This document shows positions 1-8,394 of a stretch of 64,000 nucleotides of DNA, piece after piece. Made by a program: the position numbers and the translations under genes. How positions within the stretch are numbered: position 1 is the first letter of the stretch; each line of letters begins with the position of its first letter. The notes below the pieces were generated by a model, which was given only the letters and a program-made list of their open reading frames with translations, had not been told where the DNA came from and ran no database searches. This DNA comes from Gammaproteobacteria bacterium (GTDB taxonomy: Bacteria > Pseudomonadota > Gammaproteobacteria > Natronospirales > REEB76). The stretch covers positions 722,324 to 786,323 of the forward strand of contig DASYGE010000012.1 of NCBI GenBank assembly GCA_036000105.1, written 5' to 3'.

Positions 1-35
1 AGAACTCTCGACGTCAAAATATAGGAACATGATTT

Positions 36-395
36 ATGAACAGTAACGTACTCCGTGTTGGAATTATGCCTTTTGAGGAATTTAAGAAGCGGACTCTCTT
101 AATTGCTCAAGGCAAGCTTAAGCCAAATCCAAAAGATCCTAAGATTTGGTTCTCTTCGATACGTACTGCCGCGGAAGTTCTTAGCGAGGATAATCGTGTC
201 CTTATTCGTATATTGGCGGATAAGAAGCCTCCAACTGTTTCTGCATTAGCTGTCGAAACGGGAAGGGCTGTAAGTAACGTCTCTCGCACACTTAAAACAC
301 TGGCTAAATATGGCCTAGTGCAGCTTGAGAAGTCTGGAAAGACAGTCAGGCCAAGGGCAGTTGCTACTCAATTCGAGATTATTACTAGATGCTAA
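36..395 (+). CDS. small winged-helix DNA-binding protein (MarR/ArsR-like fold), stand-alone regulator
   Basis: 119-aa ORF in the AT-rich patch. 'PPTVSALAVETGRAVSNVSRTLKTLAKYGLVQLEKSGKTVRP' reads as HTH plus wing. Family assigned by motif recognition only. Confidence 0.6.
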   Translation: MNSNVLRVGIMPFEEFKKRTLLIAQGKLKPNPKDPKIWFSSIRTAAEVLSEDNRVLIRILADKKPPTVSALAVETGRAVSNVSRTLKTLAKYGLVQLEKSGKTVRPRAVATQFEIITRC

Positions 396-426
396 GCTAG
401 TTTTTACAAAAAGGGAGGGAGCAGCA

Positions 427-771
427 ATGAACGGAAGCAAGAAGGCATCAAAGAGACTATTAATAGGATTGGGCTTTGCCGCAGTAATCTGCGTAACTCT
501 TTATTTCACGACTGGACTATTCGTTGTCCAACCCATTGGTGTGGTTCCGAATGGTGCAACAATCTGGTATTGGCGCATTCATACGAATTATCCGTTTATA
601 GCATCCGCAGATGGGCTACTTCTTGATCGGGTAGGTAACGTTTCCCTCTTGGGAAGAGTGGTAGCTCTTGGTGCTACCGCTAACGAATTGCAGGATAAGA
701 AAATTGCAACATTCCCATACAGCAGAACGTTGTATTTGATGTCTACCGGCGGCAAGGAATTCGATAGGTAA
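427..771 (+). CDS. hypothetical membrane-anchored protein
   Basis: ATG at 427 is preceded by AGGGAGGGA (412-420). N-terminal TM 'LLIGLGFAAVICVTLYFTTGLFVV'. The longer 325 start overlaps the previous gene and lacks an RBS. Confidence 0.5.
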   Translation: MNGSKKASKRLLIGLGFAAVICVTLYFTTGLFVVQPIGVVPNGATIWYWRIHTNYPFIASADGLLLDRVGNVSLLGRVVALGATANELQDKKIATFPYSRTLYLMSTGGKEFDR

Positions 772-802
772 GACGTATACTAAATTTTGCGGGGTCACGA
801 AT

Positions 803-1585
803 ATGAAATGGATTTTGTGCCGTGTTGTGCTCTCGGGCATGATTGTCTTATCTGCTTGCGAACAGAAAGATTCAAGCCATTTGACTGCCACCAAAGCAGC
901 CACTCTCAGTACTGCTTCGCCAACTGCCGCGAAAGCTAATGCATCTCAGCAATCACTTCCTAGTAATTGGATGTATAACACGATCCCTGGCAATTCGTTT
1001 AACAAATCAAGATATACGGCGACGGTAGATAGTTCCAATACACTAAATTTTGCCTTTCCCTATAACGGTCCACAACATCCGACGCTTGTTCTCAGAAGTG
1101 ACGGCGCGGTATTGGTGTTATTCAACGGCCAGATTGACTGCGGCATCGAAAATTGCCAAATCCAGACAAAATTTGACGATGGTCCCGTCGGAGAAGTGAC
1201 TGTTAGCAAGCCCGATGATGGTTCAACGGGGGTTTTCTACTTTTTTGCCGATGCGCCCGGTTTTGTTAAACACCTAATCGCTTCCAAAAAACTAGCTCTA
1301 AATATCAACTTCTACCAGGAAGGGCGGCAGGAGGTTGACTATAATCTCTCGGGGTTAAATCTAGGAAAGATCCAAGGGTGGTTTGCTCTAAGTAAATCCG
1401 ACATACCGAATGCGCTGTGTCTCCAGGAACTTCAAAAACAGAGGGACGAAGGCATCTTGCGAAAGCAAACCCGCACTAAGAATGGATATGTGTTTTATTA
1501 CATGCTTAGCGGTGCTGCCAAGAGTGGAATGTGTACGTATTCTGATGCCGACAAAAGTGTTGCTATTCAGATTGATAAGTCGTGA
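803..1585 (+). CDS. hypothetical lipoprotein
   Basis: 260 aa. Signal peptide ends in lipobox 'VLSAC'. No family recognised. Confidence 0.6.
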   Translation: MKWILCRVVLSGMIVLSACEQKDSSHLTATKAATLSTASPTAAKANASQQSLPSNWMYNTIPGNSFNKSRYTATVDSSNTLNFAFPYNGPQHPTLVLRSDGAVLVLFNGQIDCGIENCQIQTKFDDGPVGEVTVSKPDDGSTGVFYFFADAPGFVKHLIASKKLALNINFYQEGRQEVDYNLSGLNLGKIQGWFALSKSDIPNALCLQELQKQRDEGILRKQTRTKNGYVFYYMLSGAAKSGMCTYSDADKSVAIQIDKS

Positions 1586-1782
1586 GTTCGAGCATTCTTA
1601 ATCAACAGCAATACGCAATTGGAGAGGTGCTACGGTTAGATTCCGTCACCTATGAGCTAGGAGCTATACGCAAAGGTGGGATGGCAACGGTTCTGCTACT
1701 AGACAGAGTAGGTGGCAGTGAAAACATTATGGTCTATAAATCGAAGGTCGCTTGTAAGGTATTTGACCATCAGGGGGACTAG
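1582..1782 (+). pseudogene. truncated protein-kinase-like N-terminal fragment
   Basis: GTG start overlaps the stop of the lipoprotein gene (GTGA). 'LGAIRKGGMATV' is Gly-loop-like and 'KVACKVF' is VAIK-like. The ORF ends after 66 codons at a TAG lying inside the CTAGCCGTTG junction repeat. Confidence 0.35.
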
Positions 1783-1904
1783 CCGTTGCTGAGGTCAGCA
1801 TATGAGCGTACGCAGCCAGATCAAAGACTATATCGCAGCTCAGTCAGAGCCAAAACGAAGTGATATGCAGGAGCTTCACGGCTTCATTCTGAAGATGATG
1901 CCGG
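1778..1904 (+). repeat. 127-bp direct duplication, copy 1 (partner at 2438-2564, exactly 660 bp downstream)
   Basis: ACTAGCCGTTGCTGAGGTC..CATATGA.CGTACGCAGCCAGATCAAAGACTATATCG...GAAGATGATGCCGG occurs at both positions with a handful of substitutions. Confidence 0.9.
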
Positions 1905-2086
1905 ATGCGTTCATCGAGAGCTTCAACGGCAAGTTCCGCGACGCGTGCCTCAACCAGCACTGGTTCACGGATCTACACGACGCCCGGCGGACCATCGACG
2001 CTTGGCGCCGCCACTACAACGAGGTCAGGCCACACAGCGCACTAGGCTATCTGCCGCCCGCGGTGTTCGCCAAGCGAGCAGCCTGA
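1802..2086 (+). pseudogene. chimeric ORF: first 34 codons of the DUF1801 gene fused in frame to an IS3-family transposase C-terminus
   Basis: N-terminus 'MSVRSQIKDYIAAQSEPKRSDMQELHGFILKMMP' parallels the 2462 gene. The remainder 'DAFIESFNGKFRDACLNQHWF..DAWRRHYNEVRPHSALGYLPP' is the end of an IS3-family integrase core. Confidence 0.75.
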
Positions 2087-2136
2087 TATGCTTAATTTCC
2101 CGCATCCGCACTGGGACTACTTTCGGGGAAAGGTCA
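1905..2136 (+). mobile_element. IS3-family insertion sequence 3' remnant (end of orfB plus terminal repeat ending ...GGTCA)
   Basis: A GC-rich block inside AT-rich DNA. It holds the transposase C-terminal motif (see the chimeric ORF) and then the terminus CGGGGAAAGGTCA (its complement starts TGACC.., typical of IS3/IS407-type ends). No 5' part of the IS is present. Confidence 0.7.
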
Positions 2137-2188
2137 CCACGAGCGCGCCATGATGTGTAGAACGAGATTTAATAAGGAGTAGCGAGCT

Positions 2189-2371
2189 ATGGAATTCAGC
2201 ATCGCGAAGTTGGGTATATTCGTTCTGTGGTTCGTGCTTTCGATTTTGGTCGGTATAGTTGCGTCGATCAAGAATCGCTCGGGGCTGGCTTTCTTCGTAT
2301 TATCAGTCTTGCTAAGTCCAGTGGTCGGAATGGCAGTTCTTTTGTATATAAATCGTAATGTTGCCAAGTGA
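2189..2371 (+). CDS. small two-TM membrane protein, hypothetical
   Basis: 60 aa. RBS TAAGGAG at 2173-2179. Two hydrophobic helices. Confidence 0.5.
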   Translation: MEFSIAKLGIFVLWFVLSILVGIVASIKNRSGLAFFVLSVLLSPVVGMAVLLYINRNVAK

Positions 2372-2437
2372 AGAGCGCAGGTTCAGGTCTTGAAATATCG
2401 GTTTCCTCAAATCAGAAATATCTAGCCCCTCACCAGA

Positions 2438-2564
2438 ACTAGCCGTTGCTGAGGTCTTCATATGAACGTACGCAGCCAGATCAAAGACTATATCGAAGCT
2501 CAGTCAGAGCAAAAGCGAAGTGATATGCAGGAGCTTCACGGCATCATCCTGAAGATGATGCCGG
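2438..2564 (+). repeat. 127-bp direct duplication, copy 2
   Basis: Same sequence as 1778-1904. This copy continues into the intact DUF1801 gene. Confidence 0.9.
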
Positions 2565-2887
2565 GTTGTAAGTTGTGGTTTCTTGATGGCAAAGATGAGA
2601 GCGGTCGGACGATCACTAACCCCAATATAGGTTATGGGGTACAGACCATAAAGTATGCCGATGGAAGCGCCAAAGAGTTCTATCAGATCGGCATCAGTAC
2701 GAACACGACAGGGATCTCCGTCTACATCATAGGGTTAAAAGACAAGAAGTATCTACCCAAGAAATACGGAAAGAAGATCGGCCAAGCAAGCGTGACAGGG
2801 TATTGCATCAAGTTCAAAACACTGAAGAACATAGATGTCGATACCCTTGTAGATGCGATGCGATATGGGATCGAACAGACGAGTTAG
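2462..2887 (+). CDS. DUF1801 (YdhG-like) domain protein
   Basis: 141 aa. N-terminal 'IKDYIEAQSEQKRSDMQELHGIILKMMPGCKLWF' and overall size fit the YdhG/DUF1801 pattern. Confidence 0.65.
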   Translation: MNVRSQIKDYIEAQSEQKRSDMQELHGIILKMMPGCKLWFLDGKDESGRTITNPNIGYGVQTIKYADGSAKEFYQIGISTNTTGISVYIIGLKDKKYLPKKYGKKIGQASVTGYCIKFKTLKNIDVDTLVDAMRYGIEQTS

Positions 2888-2895
2888 GAAAATGT

Positions 2896-2922
2896 CTAGC
2901 CCCTCCCCGGGGCTAGCCGTTG
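2896..2922. repeat. junction hairpin CTAGCCCC-tcccc-GGGGCTAG followed by CCGTTG
   Basis: Perfect 8-bp stem directly after the DUF1801 stop. A degenerate copy lies at 2422-2448, and a right-half copy at 1779-1788 supplies the premature TAG of the kinase fragment. Confidence 0.7.
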
Positions 2923-3075
2923 GTTTGAGTCCATGTTAGGCGCAGGGCGGCTGTCACAAAAAATACATATTACCCACCCCTCTCTTATCGTCAAACCGAG
3001 GATTGCAGGGTACAGCAGGGGAGGCTAGTTATTTGAGCCATACCCGTCCAGCATTTGCCCCTAAGGAGGGACGGC

Positions 3076-4499
3076 ATGGCGAGCGGCAAGGTATATACGC
3101 TGAGCCTGGACCAAGGCGGCCACGCCAGCCGCGCCCTCGTGTTCGATCAAAATGGACGGCTCGCGGCCAGCGCGGAATGCGTCATACGCACCCGCACCAG
3201 CGGCCGGCTCCGGGTGGAACATGCACCCCAGGCGCTACTTCATTCCCTGCAGAAAGCGGCGGACATCGCCGTCGGCCGTCTGCCGCGCCGCGCCGAGATC
3301 AGCACTACCGCACTCGCCACCCAACGCTCCAGCATCGCCTGCTGGGACCGCCGCAACGGACGCGCCCTCTCGCCGGTGATCTCCTGGCAGGACCGACGCG
3401 CTATCCGCCGGGTCGCGGCCCTCGCACCTCATACCCAAGAGGTCCGCGCCCTCACAGGTCTCGTACTCTCGCCCCATTACGGGGCGAGCAAGCTCGCCTG
3501 GTGCCTGGAACATCTGGCGCCGGTGCGCCTGGCGCAACGGCAGGGGCAGCTCGCCGCGGGACCCTTGGCGAGTTTCATCGTCGCCAACCTGCTCCTGGAG
3601 CAGCCCTGTATCGCGGACCCGGTGAATGGCGGTCGCACCCAGCTCCTGGATGTACAGCGAGGCGCCTGGTCGCCGCGCCTGTGTGAGATCTTCGGCGTAG
3701 CGAAAGAGATCCTGCCGGACTGCGTGCCCAACGCGTTCCGGTTCGGGCACCTCAAAGCCGGTGGGCGCAGCATCCCACTGACGGTGGTCACCGGCGACCA
3801 GCCGGCGGCCCTGTTCGCCCTGGGAGAACCGCGTGCCGACACAGCCTATGTGAACATCGGTACCGGTGCATTCGTGCAATGCTTGAGAGCCGCGGATGTG
3901 CCCGGTCTCCTGCACAGCCTCATCTGGCGCTCAGCCGATGAGACTCTCTATGCCTTGGAAGGCACCGTGAACGGCGCCGGTGCGGCGCTGCAATGGCTCG
4001 CGACCCGCTCCCATGTGCCGATGGCGAAGGCGCTGCGCCTCTTGCCCGAGTGGCTAGCGAGCGTCCAGGAACCGCCGCTCTTCCTCAATGGCGTGGGCGG
4101 CCTCGGCGCGCCGTACTGGCGGCCCGCGTTCCGCTCGCGTTTCATCGGCAAGGGCGGCACGCCCGAGAAGATGGTGGCGGTATTGGAGAGTGTGGTCTTC
4201 CTGCTCCTGGAGAACCTGGAGCGCATGCAACAAGGTGACGCGCGCATCCGCCGCATCACTGTGAGCGGGGGCTCGCGCAGCTCGACGGACTCTGCCAGCG
4301 GCTCGCGGACTTGAGCGGACTTAGCGTCCATCGCCCGGAGCTTCATGAGGCCACTGCCTTAGGGGCCGCGCGCCTCGCCGGCAGCATCGTGGCCATGGCT
4401 GCGCCGCCCGAGATGTCGTTCATGCCTGCGAGCAACGTTGCGTTGCAGCGGCGTCAAGCCAACTGGCAGGAAGCGATGCACGCCGCCCTTAAAGATTGA
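3076..4499 (+). pseudogene. FGGY-family carbohydrate kinase (glycerol-kinase-like) with a 1-nt frameshift
   Basis: RBS AAGGAGG then ATG at 3076. 'YTLSLDQGGHASRALVFDQNG' is a glycerol-kinase-type N-terminus. The frame breaks at the G5 run 4267-4271, giving 'VSGGSRSS..*' instead of the expected 'VSGGLAQLDGLCQRLADLSGLSVHRP', which continues in the 4311-4499 ORF. Confidence 0.7.
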
Positions 4500-4562
4500 T
4501 CTTTTGCTTCCAGGCGGTGTTGCGAATACCCTCCATCCAACCGACTGCCACCGGACAAGCCC

Positions 4563-5138
4563 ATGCTCAAATCCAAATGGAATAGCCGCTCCTTCTTCTC
4601 GCTCACAGCGCTACTGATGCTGCTGGTCTCGGCGACCAGCTACGCAGCTCCGCCGCTGTGGCTGAAACTGAGACACACTCCCTCCGTGGGCGAGGGCACC
4701 AAGCATCCGCAGCATCTCTTCTATGTGATCACCGACGCGAACTGCCCCTATTGCCACGAACTCTGGGCGGAGCTGCAGCCTTACTACAACCAGGGCCTGC
4801 GGGTCCGCTACGTGATGGTGGGGATACTCGCCGACAACAGCCCGGGCAAGGCTGCGGCCATCCTGGAAGCCCGCCATCCCGCCGCGGCGCTGGACCGCAA
4901 CGAGAGAGATTGGCAGCGATTGCCCGACGACATGGGCGGCGGCATCCCGCCGCTGGCGAAGCCCAAGGCCAAGACTCTGGCCTTGCTGAAGAGCGACGAA
5001 CAGCTGATGCACGACCTCGGGGTGCAAGGCACTCCGGCTTTGATCTACATCGATTCCCACGGCGCCATGCAGATCATCCAGAGCGTGCCGGACCCGACGG
5101 CGCTCGCCGGGATCGTCCACGACGCTGCGGCGAAGTGA
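4563..5138 (+). CDS. periplasmic thioredoxin-fold thiol:disulfide interchange protein (DsbC/DsbG-like C-terminal domain)
   Basis: Signal peptide 'LTALLMLLVSATSYA'. CxxC active site 'NCPYCH'. Confidence 0.7.
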   Translation: MLKSKWNSRSFFSLTALLMLLVSATSYAAPPLWLKLRHTPSVGEGTKHPQHLFYVITDANCPYCHELWAELQPYYNQGLRVRYVMVGILADNSPGKAAAILEARHPAAALDRNERDWQRLPDDMGGGIPPLAKPKAKTLALLKSDEQLMHDLGVQGTPALIYIDSHGAMQIIQSVPDPTALAGIVHDAAAK

Positions 5139-5381
5139 AGCGTTCCAGATCTTGAGATAGATGTCGCGGCGAACTGCGTATCCGCCCCTGGCGGTTATGT
5201 CGCAGAGGTTACTGAGTCGTTGCTGCGGCGCGGGCGCTCATCCTTCTTGCTCTTCACCCCAATGCGCCTTGAGCGCAATATAGCCCTCCTTGCCGGGAAC
5301 CCTTCGCGGTCTGCCCGGGTCTTAACGATCGCCACGCTCCCGCGGAATGCGGGCGTCTCCAGCCAATCGGAGGACTTCACT

Positions 5382-6959
5382 GTGAAACGACTATTGCTCC
5401 TGATATCCCTGATCTTCGCCTCGGGCGCCATCTCCGCCTTCGCGGACAGCCCCCCGAAGGACGCGGACAAGACTCCCCCCGCATCCGCCGCCGACGCCGC
5501 GGCTCTCAAGGCACAGACCGCCGTGAGCCACGGCAGCGTTACTGTGAGCGGCGAGACCATCAAGTACACGGCCACGGCCGGTACCCTCATCCTCAAGAAT
5601 GACGACGACAAACCCATCGCCAGCATGTCGTATGTGGCGTACACGAAGGAGGGCGTGTCGAACCCGACCTCCCGCCCGATCACCTTCCTCTACAACGGCG
5701 GCCCCGGTTCCTCGACCATCTGGCTGCACATGCTCGCCTTCGGGCCCGAGCGCGTCGAGGTCGGCAACGGCACCCTCACGCCGCACGCGCCGTATAAGCT
5801 CGTCAACAATGACGACAGCCTGCTGGATGCGAGCGATCTGGTGTTCATAGATGCGCCAGGCACCGGCTTCGGCCGCGTGCTCGACAAGGACCATGGCGGC
5901 GCCGGCACGTCCAAGGATGTGTACGGCATAGATGAGGACGCGAAGTCCTTCGCCAAGTTCATCACCCAATACCTGACCGACAACGATCGCTGGAACTCGC
6001 CCAAGTTCCTCTTCGGCGAGAGCTATGGCACCACCCGTTCCGCGGTGCTCGCCAACATGCTGGAGACCGACGACGACGTGAGCCTGAACGGCGTGATCCT
6101 GCTGTCTTCCATCCTCAACTGGAACATCAGCGTGGACTTCCCGCAGATCGATCCCGGCGTCAACATCTCCTACGCCCTGGGCCTGCCGAGCTACGCCGCC
6201 ACGGCGTTCTACCACAAGAAGCTGCCGCAGCAGCCGACTGACTTGCAGGCTTTCTTGGGCCAGGTGGAGCAGTTCGCGACGGGCGACTATATGCAGGCCC
6301 TCTCGAAAGGCGACCAGCTCGATGCCGCCACCAAGCAGCAGATCGCGGAGAAACTCCACGAGTACACCGGCTTGCCGACGGCCTACATCCTGAAGGCTGA
6401 CCTGCGCGTCACCGGCGGGCAGTTCGCCCAGGAACTGCTGGGTGACAGCGACACGATCACCGGGCGCCTTGACTCGCGTTATAGCGGTCCGGCGATAGAC
6501 CCCATGTCAGAGTCCGCTGAATACGATCCGCTGGATTCGGCGATCGATGCGCCGACCGTGTCCGTGTTCAACCAATACGAGCGCGAGACACTGCATTTCG
6601 GCAAGGACATGACCTACAAGCCCGAGATCGACGTGTTCCCGATGTGGGACTTCAAGCACCAGCCGCCGGGCGCGCCGTTCGCCCTGCCGTTCACTCCGAA
6701 CGTGATGCCGGATCTGGCTTCCGCCATGAAGCATGACCCCGACCTCAAGGTGATGCTGGCGGGCGGCTACTTCGATCTCGGCACGCCGTTCTACGCGGCG
6801 CAATACGAGATGCACCAGCTCACGCTCACACCGGACCTGCAGAAGAACATCAGCTATCACTTCTTCCCGTCCGGCCACATGGTGTATCTCAACCCGGAAG
6901 CGCATAAGGCGCTGCACGATGCGGCGGCGAAGTTCATCGAGGCGAACTACGTGCGCTGA
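5382..6959 (+). CDS. peptidase S10 (serine carboxypeptidase-like), secreted
   Basis: GTG at 5382 with GGAGGA 7 nt upstream. Signal peptide 'KRLLLLISLIFASGAISAFA'. Motifs 'YNGGPGSST' and 'GESYGTT' (catalytic Ser). Confidence 0.75.
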   Translation: MKRLLLLISLIFASGAISAFADSPPKDADKTPPASAADAAALKAQTAVSHGSVTVSGETIKYTATAGTLILKNDDDKPIASMSYVAYTKEGVSNPTSRPITFLYNGGPGSSTIWLHMLAFGPERVEVGNGTLTPHAPYKLVNNDDSLLDASDLVFIDAPGTGFGRVLDKDHGGAGTSKDVYGIDEDAKSFAKFITQYLTDNDRWNSPKFLFGESYGTTRSAVLANMLETDDDVSLNGVILLSSILNWNISVDFPQIDPGVNISYALGLPSYAATAFYHKKLPQQPTDLQAFLGQVEQFATGDYMQALSKGDQLDAATKQQIAEKLHEYTGLPTAYILKADLRVTGGQFAQELLGDSDTITGRLDSRYSGPAIDPMSESAEYDPLDSAIDAPTVSVFNQYERETLHFGKDMTYKPEIDVFPMWDFKHQPPGAPFALPFTPNVMPDLASAMKHDPDLKVMLAGGYFDLGTPFYAAQYEMHQLTLTPDLQKNISYHFFPSGHMVYLNPEAHKALHDAAAKFIEANYVR

Positions 6960-6983
6960 CGCACCGGGATTCCACCGGTATCC

Positions 6984-7012
6984 AAGGGGCCCTGCGGGGC
7001 CCCTTTTCTTTT
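6984..7012 (+). terminator. rho-independent terminator
   Basis: GGGGCCC-tgcg-GGGCCCC followed by TTTTCTTTT. Confidence 0.65.
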
Positions 7013-7071
7013 CGGGTTCCAGCCCGGGGGTTATCGGTATACCGGCCGGCGGCGATTCTGAACGGACTGGC

Positions 7072-7545
7072 TCAGAGCTTGAGGATCACGATCTGGGGCT
7101 CGATGCGGATATCGCTCTTCAGGCTGTTGGCTATGAAGCAGTAGCCATGGGCCAGTTTCACCATGCTCTCCACCGTACCCGGGTCCGCGGGGCCGTCGAT
7201 GACGATGCGGGGCTTGAGCAGGATGCGGGTGATGCGCACCGGCTTCTCGCTCTCGGGCATGAAGCCTTCCGCATGGTCCTCGTATTCCACCACGTTGATC
7301 TGCTTCTTCGCGGCCACCGCGAGGAAGGAGAGCATCTGGCAGGAGGAAGCGGCCATGATCAGGAGCTGCTCCGGGTTCATGAGTGTCGGATCGCCCCGGA
7401 AAGCGGGATCCGATGACAGGGTGACGGAAGTCTTGGCAGGCGGAGCAGTGAGTTCGTGGGTGCGGGTATAGGCTTCATAGCCCGCGCCGGTGCTGCCGCG
7501 CCAACTGCAAGTGACGTTGTATAGATGCTCTCTATGTTCAGCCAT
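7072..7545 (-). CDS. OsmC/Ohr-family peroxiredoxin-like protein
   Basis: 157 aa from 'MAEHREHLYNV'. Conserved Cys pair ('ASSCQ' and 'HGYCF') and size fit OsmC. Confidence 0.8.
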   Translation of the reverse strand: MAEHREHLYNVTCSWRGSTGAGYEAYTRTHELTAPPAKTSVTLSSDPAFRGDPTLMNPEQLLIMAASSCQMLSFLAVAAKKQINVVEYEDHAEGFMPESEKPVRITRILLKPRIVIDGPADPGTVESMVKLAHGYCFIANSLKSDIRIEPQIVILKL

Positions 7546-7549
7546 AATC

Positions 7550-8311
7550 TTATCTGCCTGTGAATTTCTTGATGATCGGAAAATATAAAGCATACGGCAA
7601 GCAGCGGAAGAACTTGAGCAACAGCACGAAGCGGGTGGGGAAGGCAATCTCGAACTTGCCCTTGTAGATGCCGCGCTTAAGCGCCTCTGCCGCCACGTCC
7701 ACCTTCATCAGGAAAGGCATGGGGAACTTATTGTTCTCCGTGAGAGGCGTCTCCACGAAACCCGGGTTGCAGACCGAGATGCGGATACCTTCCCGCTCCA
7801 GCATGTACTTCAAGGATTCCGCCAAGTTGATCAGCGCCGCCTTGGTGGGGCCATAGGCCGAGGCCAGCGGCAAGCCGCGGTACCCCGCCACACTCGCCAC
7901 CAGCACGAGATGCCCTTGGCGGCGCGAGCGCATGGCAGGGATCAGCGGGTCCATGCAGTTCACCACGCCCTGGTAGTTCACCCGCATATGGTCCGCGAGG
8001 ATCTCGGCCTTGAAGTTGACCAGTTTCACCGCGGTATAGATGCCCGCGTTCAGCACCGCGAGGGCGATGGCCCCGTGCTGCGCTTCGATGGCCGGTACCG
8101 CCTGGCGGACGTTGTTGAGGTCCGACACATCCAGGGGCCAGGCATGCACCTGGCCCGGCTTGGCCGCCGTCGCGGTCTCCGCCAACGGCTCCAGCCGCCG
8201 CCCCGATACCACCACCTGCCAGCCATCCGCCGCCAGACTCAAGGCGAGCGCCCGGCCGATTCCGGTGCCGCCGCCGGTGATCCAGGCCAGTCGCTTCTGC
8301 TGCGTTTCCAT
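7550..8311 (-). CDS. SDR-family oxidoreductase
   Basis: 'ITGGGTGIGRALA' Rossmann motif and 'YGPTK' catalytic motif. Confidence 0.85.
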   Translation of the reverse strand: METQQKRLAWITGGGTGIGRALALSLAADGWQVVVSGRRLEPLAETATAAKPGQVHAWPLDVSDLNNVRQAVPAIEAQHGAIALAVLNAGIYTAVKLVNFKAEILADHMRVNYQGVVNCMDPLIPAMRSRRQGHLVLVASVAGYRGLPLASAYGPTKAALINLAESLKYMLEREGIRISVCNPGFVETPLTENNKFPMPFLMKVDVAAEALKRGIYKGKFEIAFPTRFVLLLKFFRCLPYALYFPIIKKFTGR

Positions 8312-8394
8312 GCCCCCATTCTAAGGTCTGGACCGCCTCCATGCCCGCAGCGGCTGCGGTATGATTCAGCGCAATAAGCCTCCAGGGGACCTAC

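Noticed and set aside
2883-2941. Possible integron attC sites: GTTAGGA at 2883 and the classical core GTTAGGC at 2935, near single-gene cassette-like units.
   Set aside because: No inverse core (RYYYAAC) in the right position, both GTTAGG motifs are in the same orientation, no integrase or attI is in view, and the junction hairpin does not have attC geometry.
3003-3686. Arg/Pro-rich 227-aa ORF and other alternative-frame ORFs over the FGGY kinase gene.
   Set aside because: It overlaps a recognisable kinase frame, its composition is an artefact of GC-rich off-frames, and it has no RBS.
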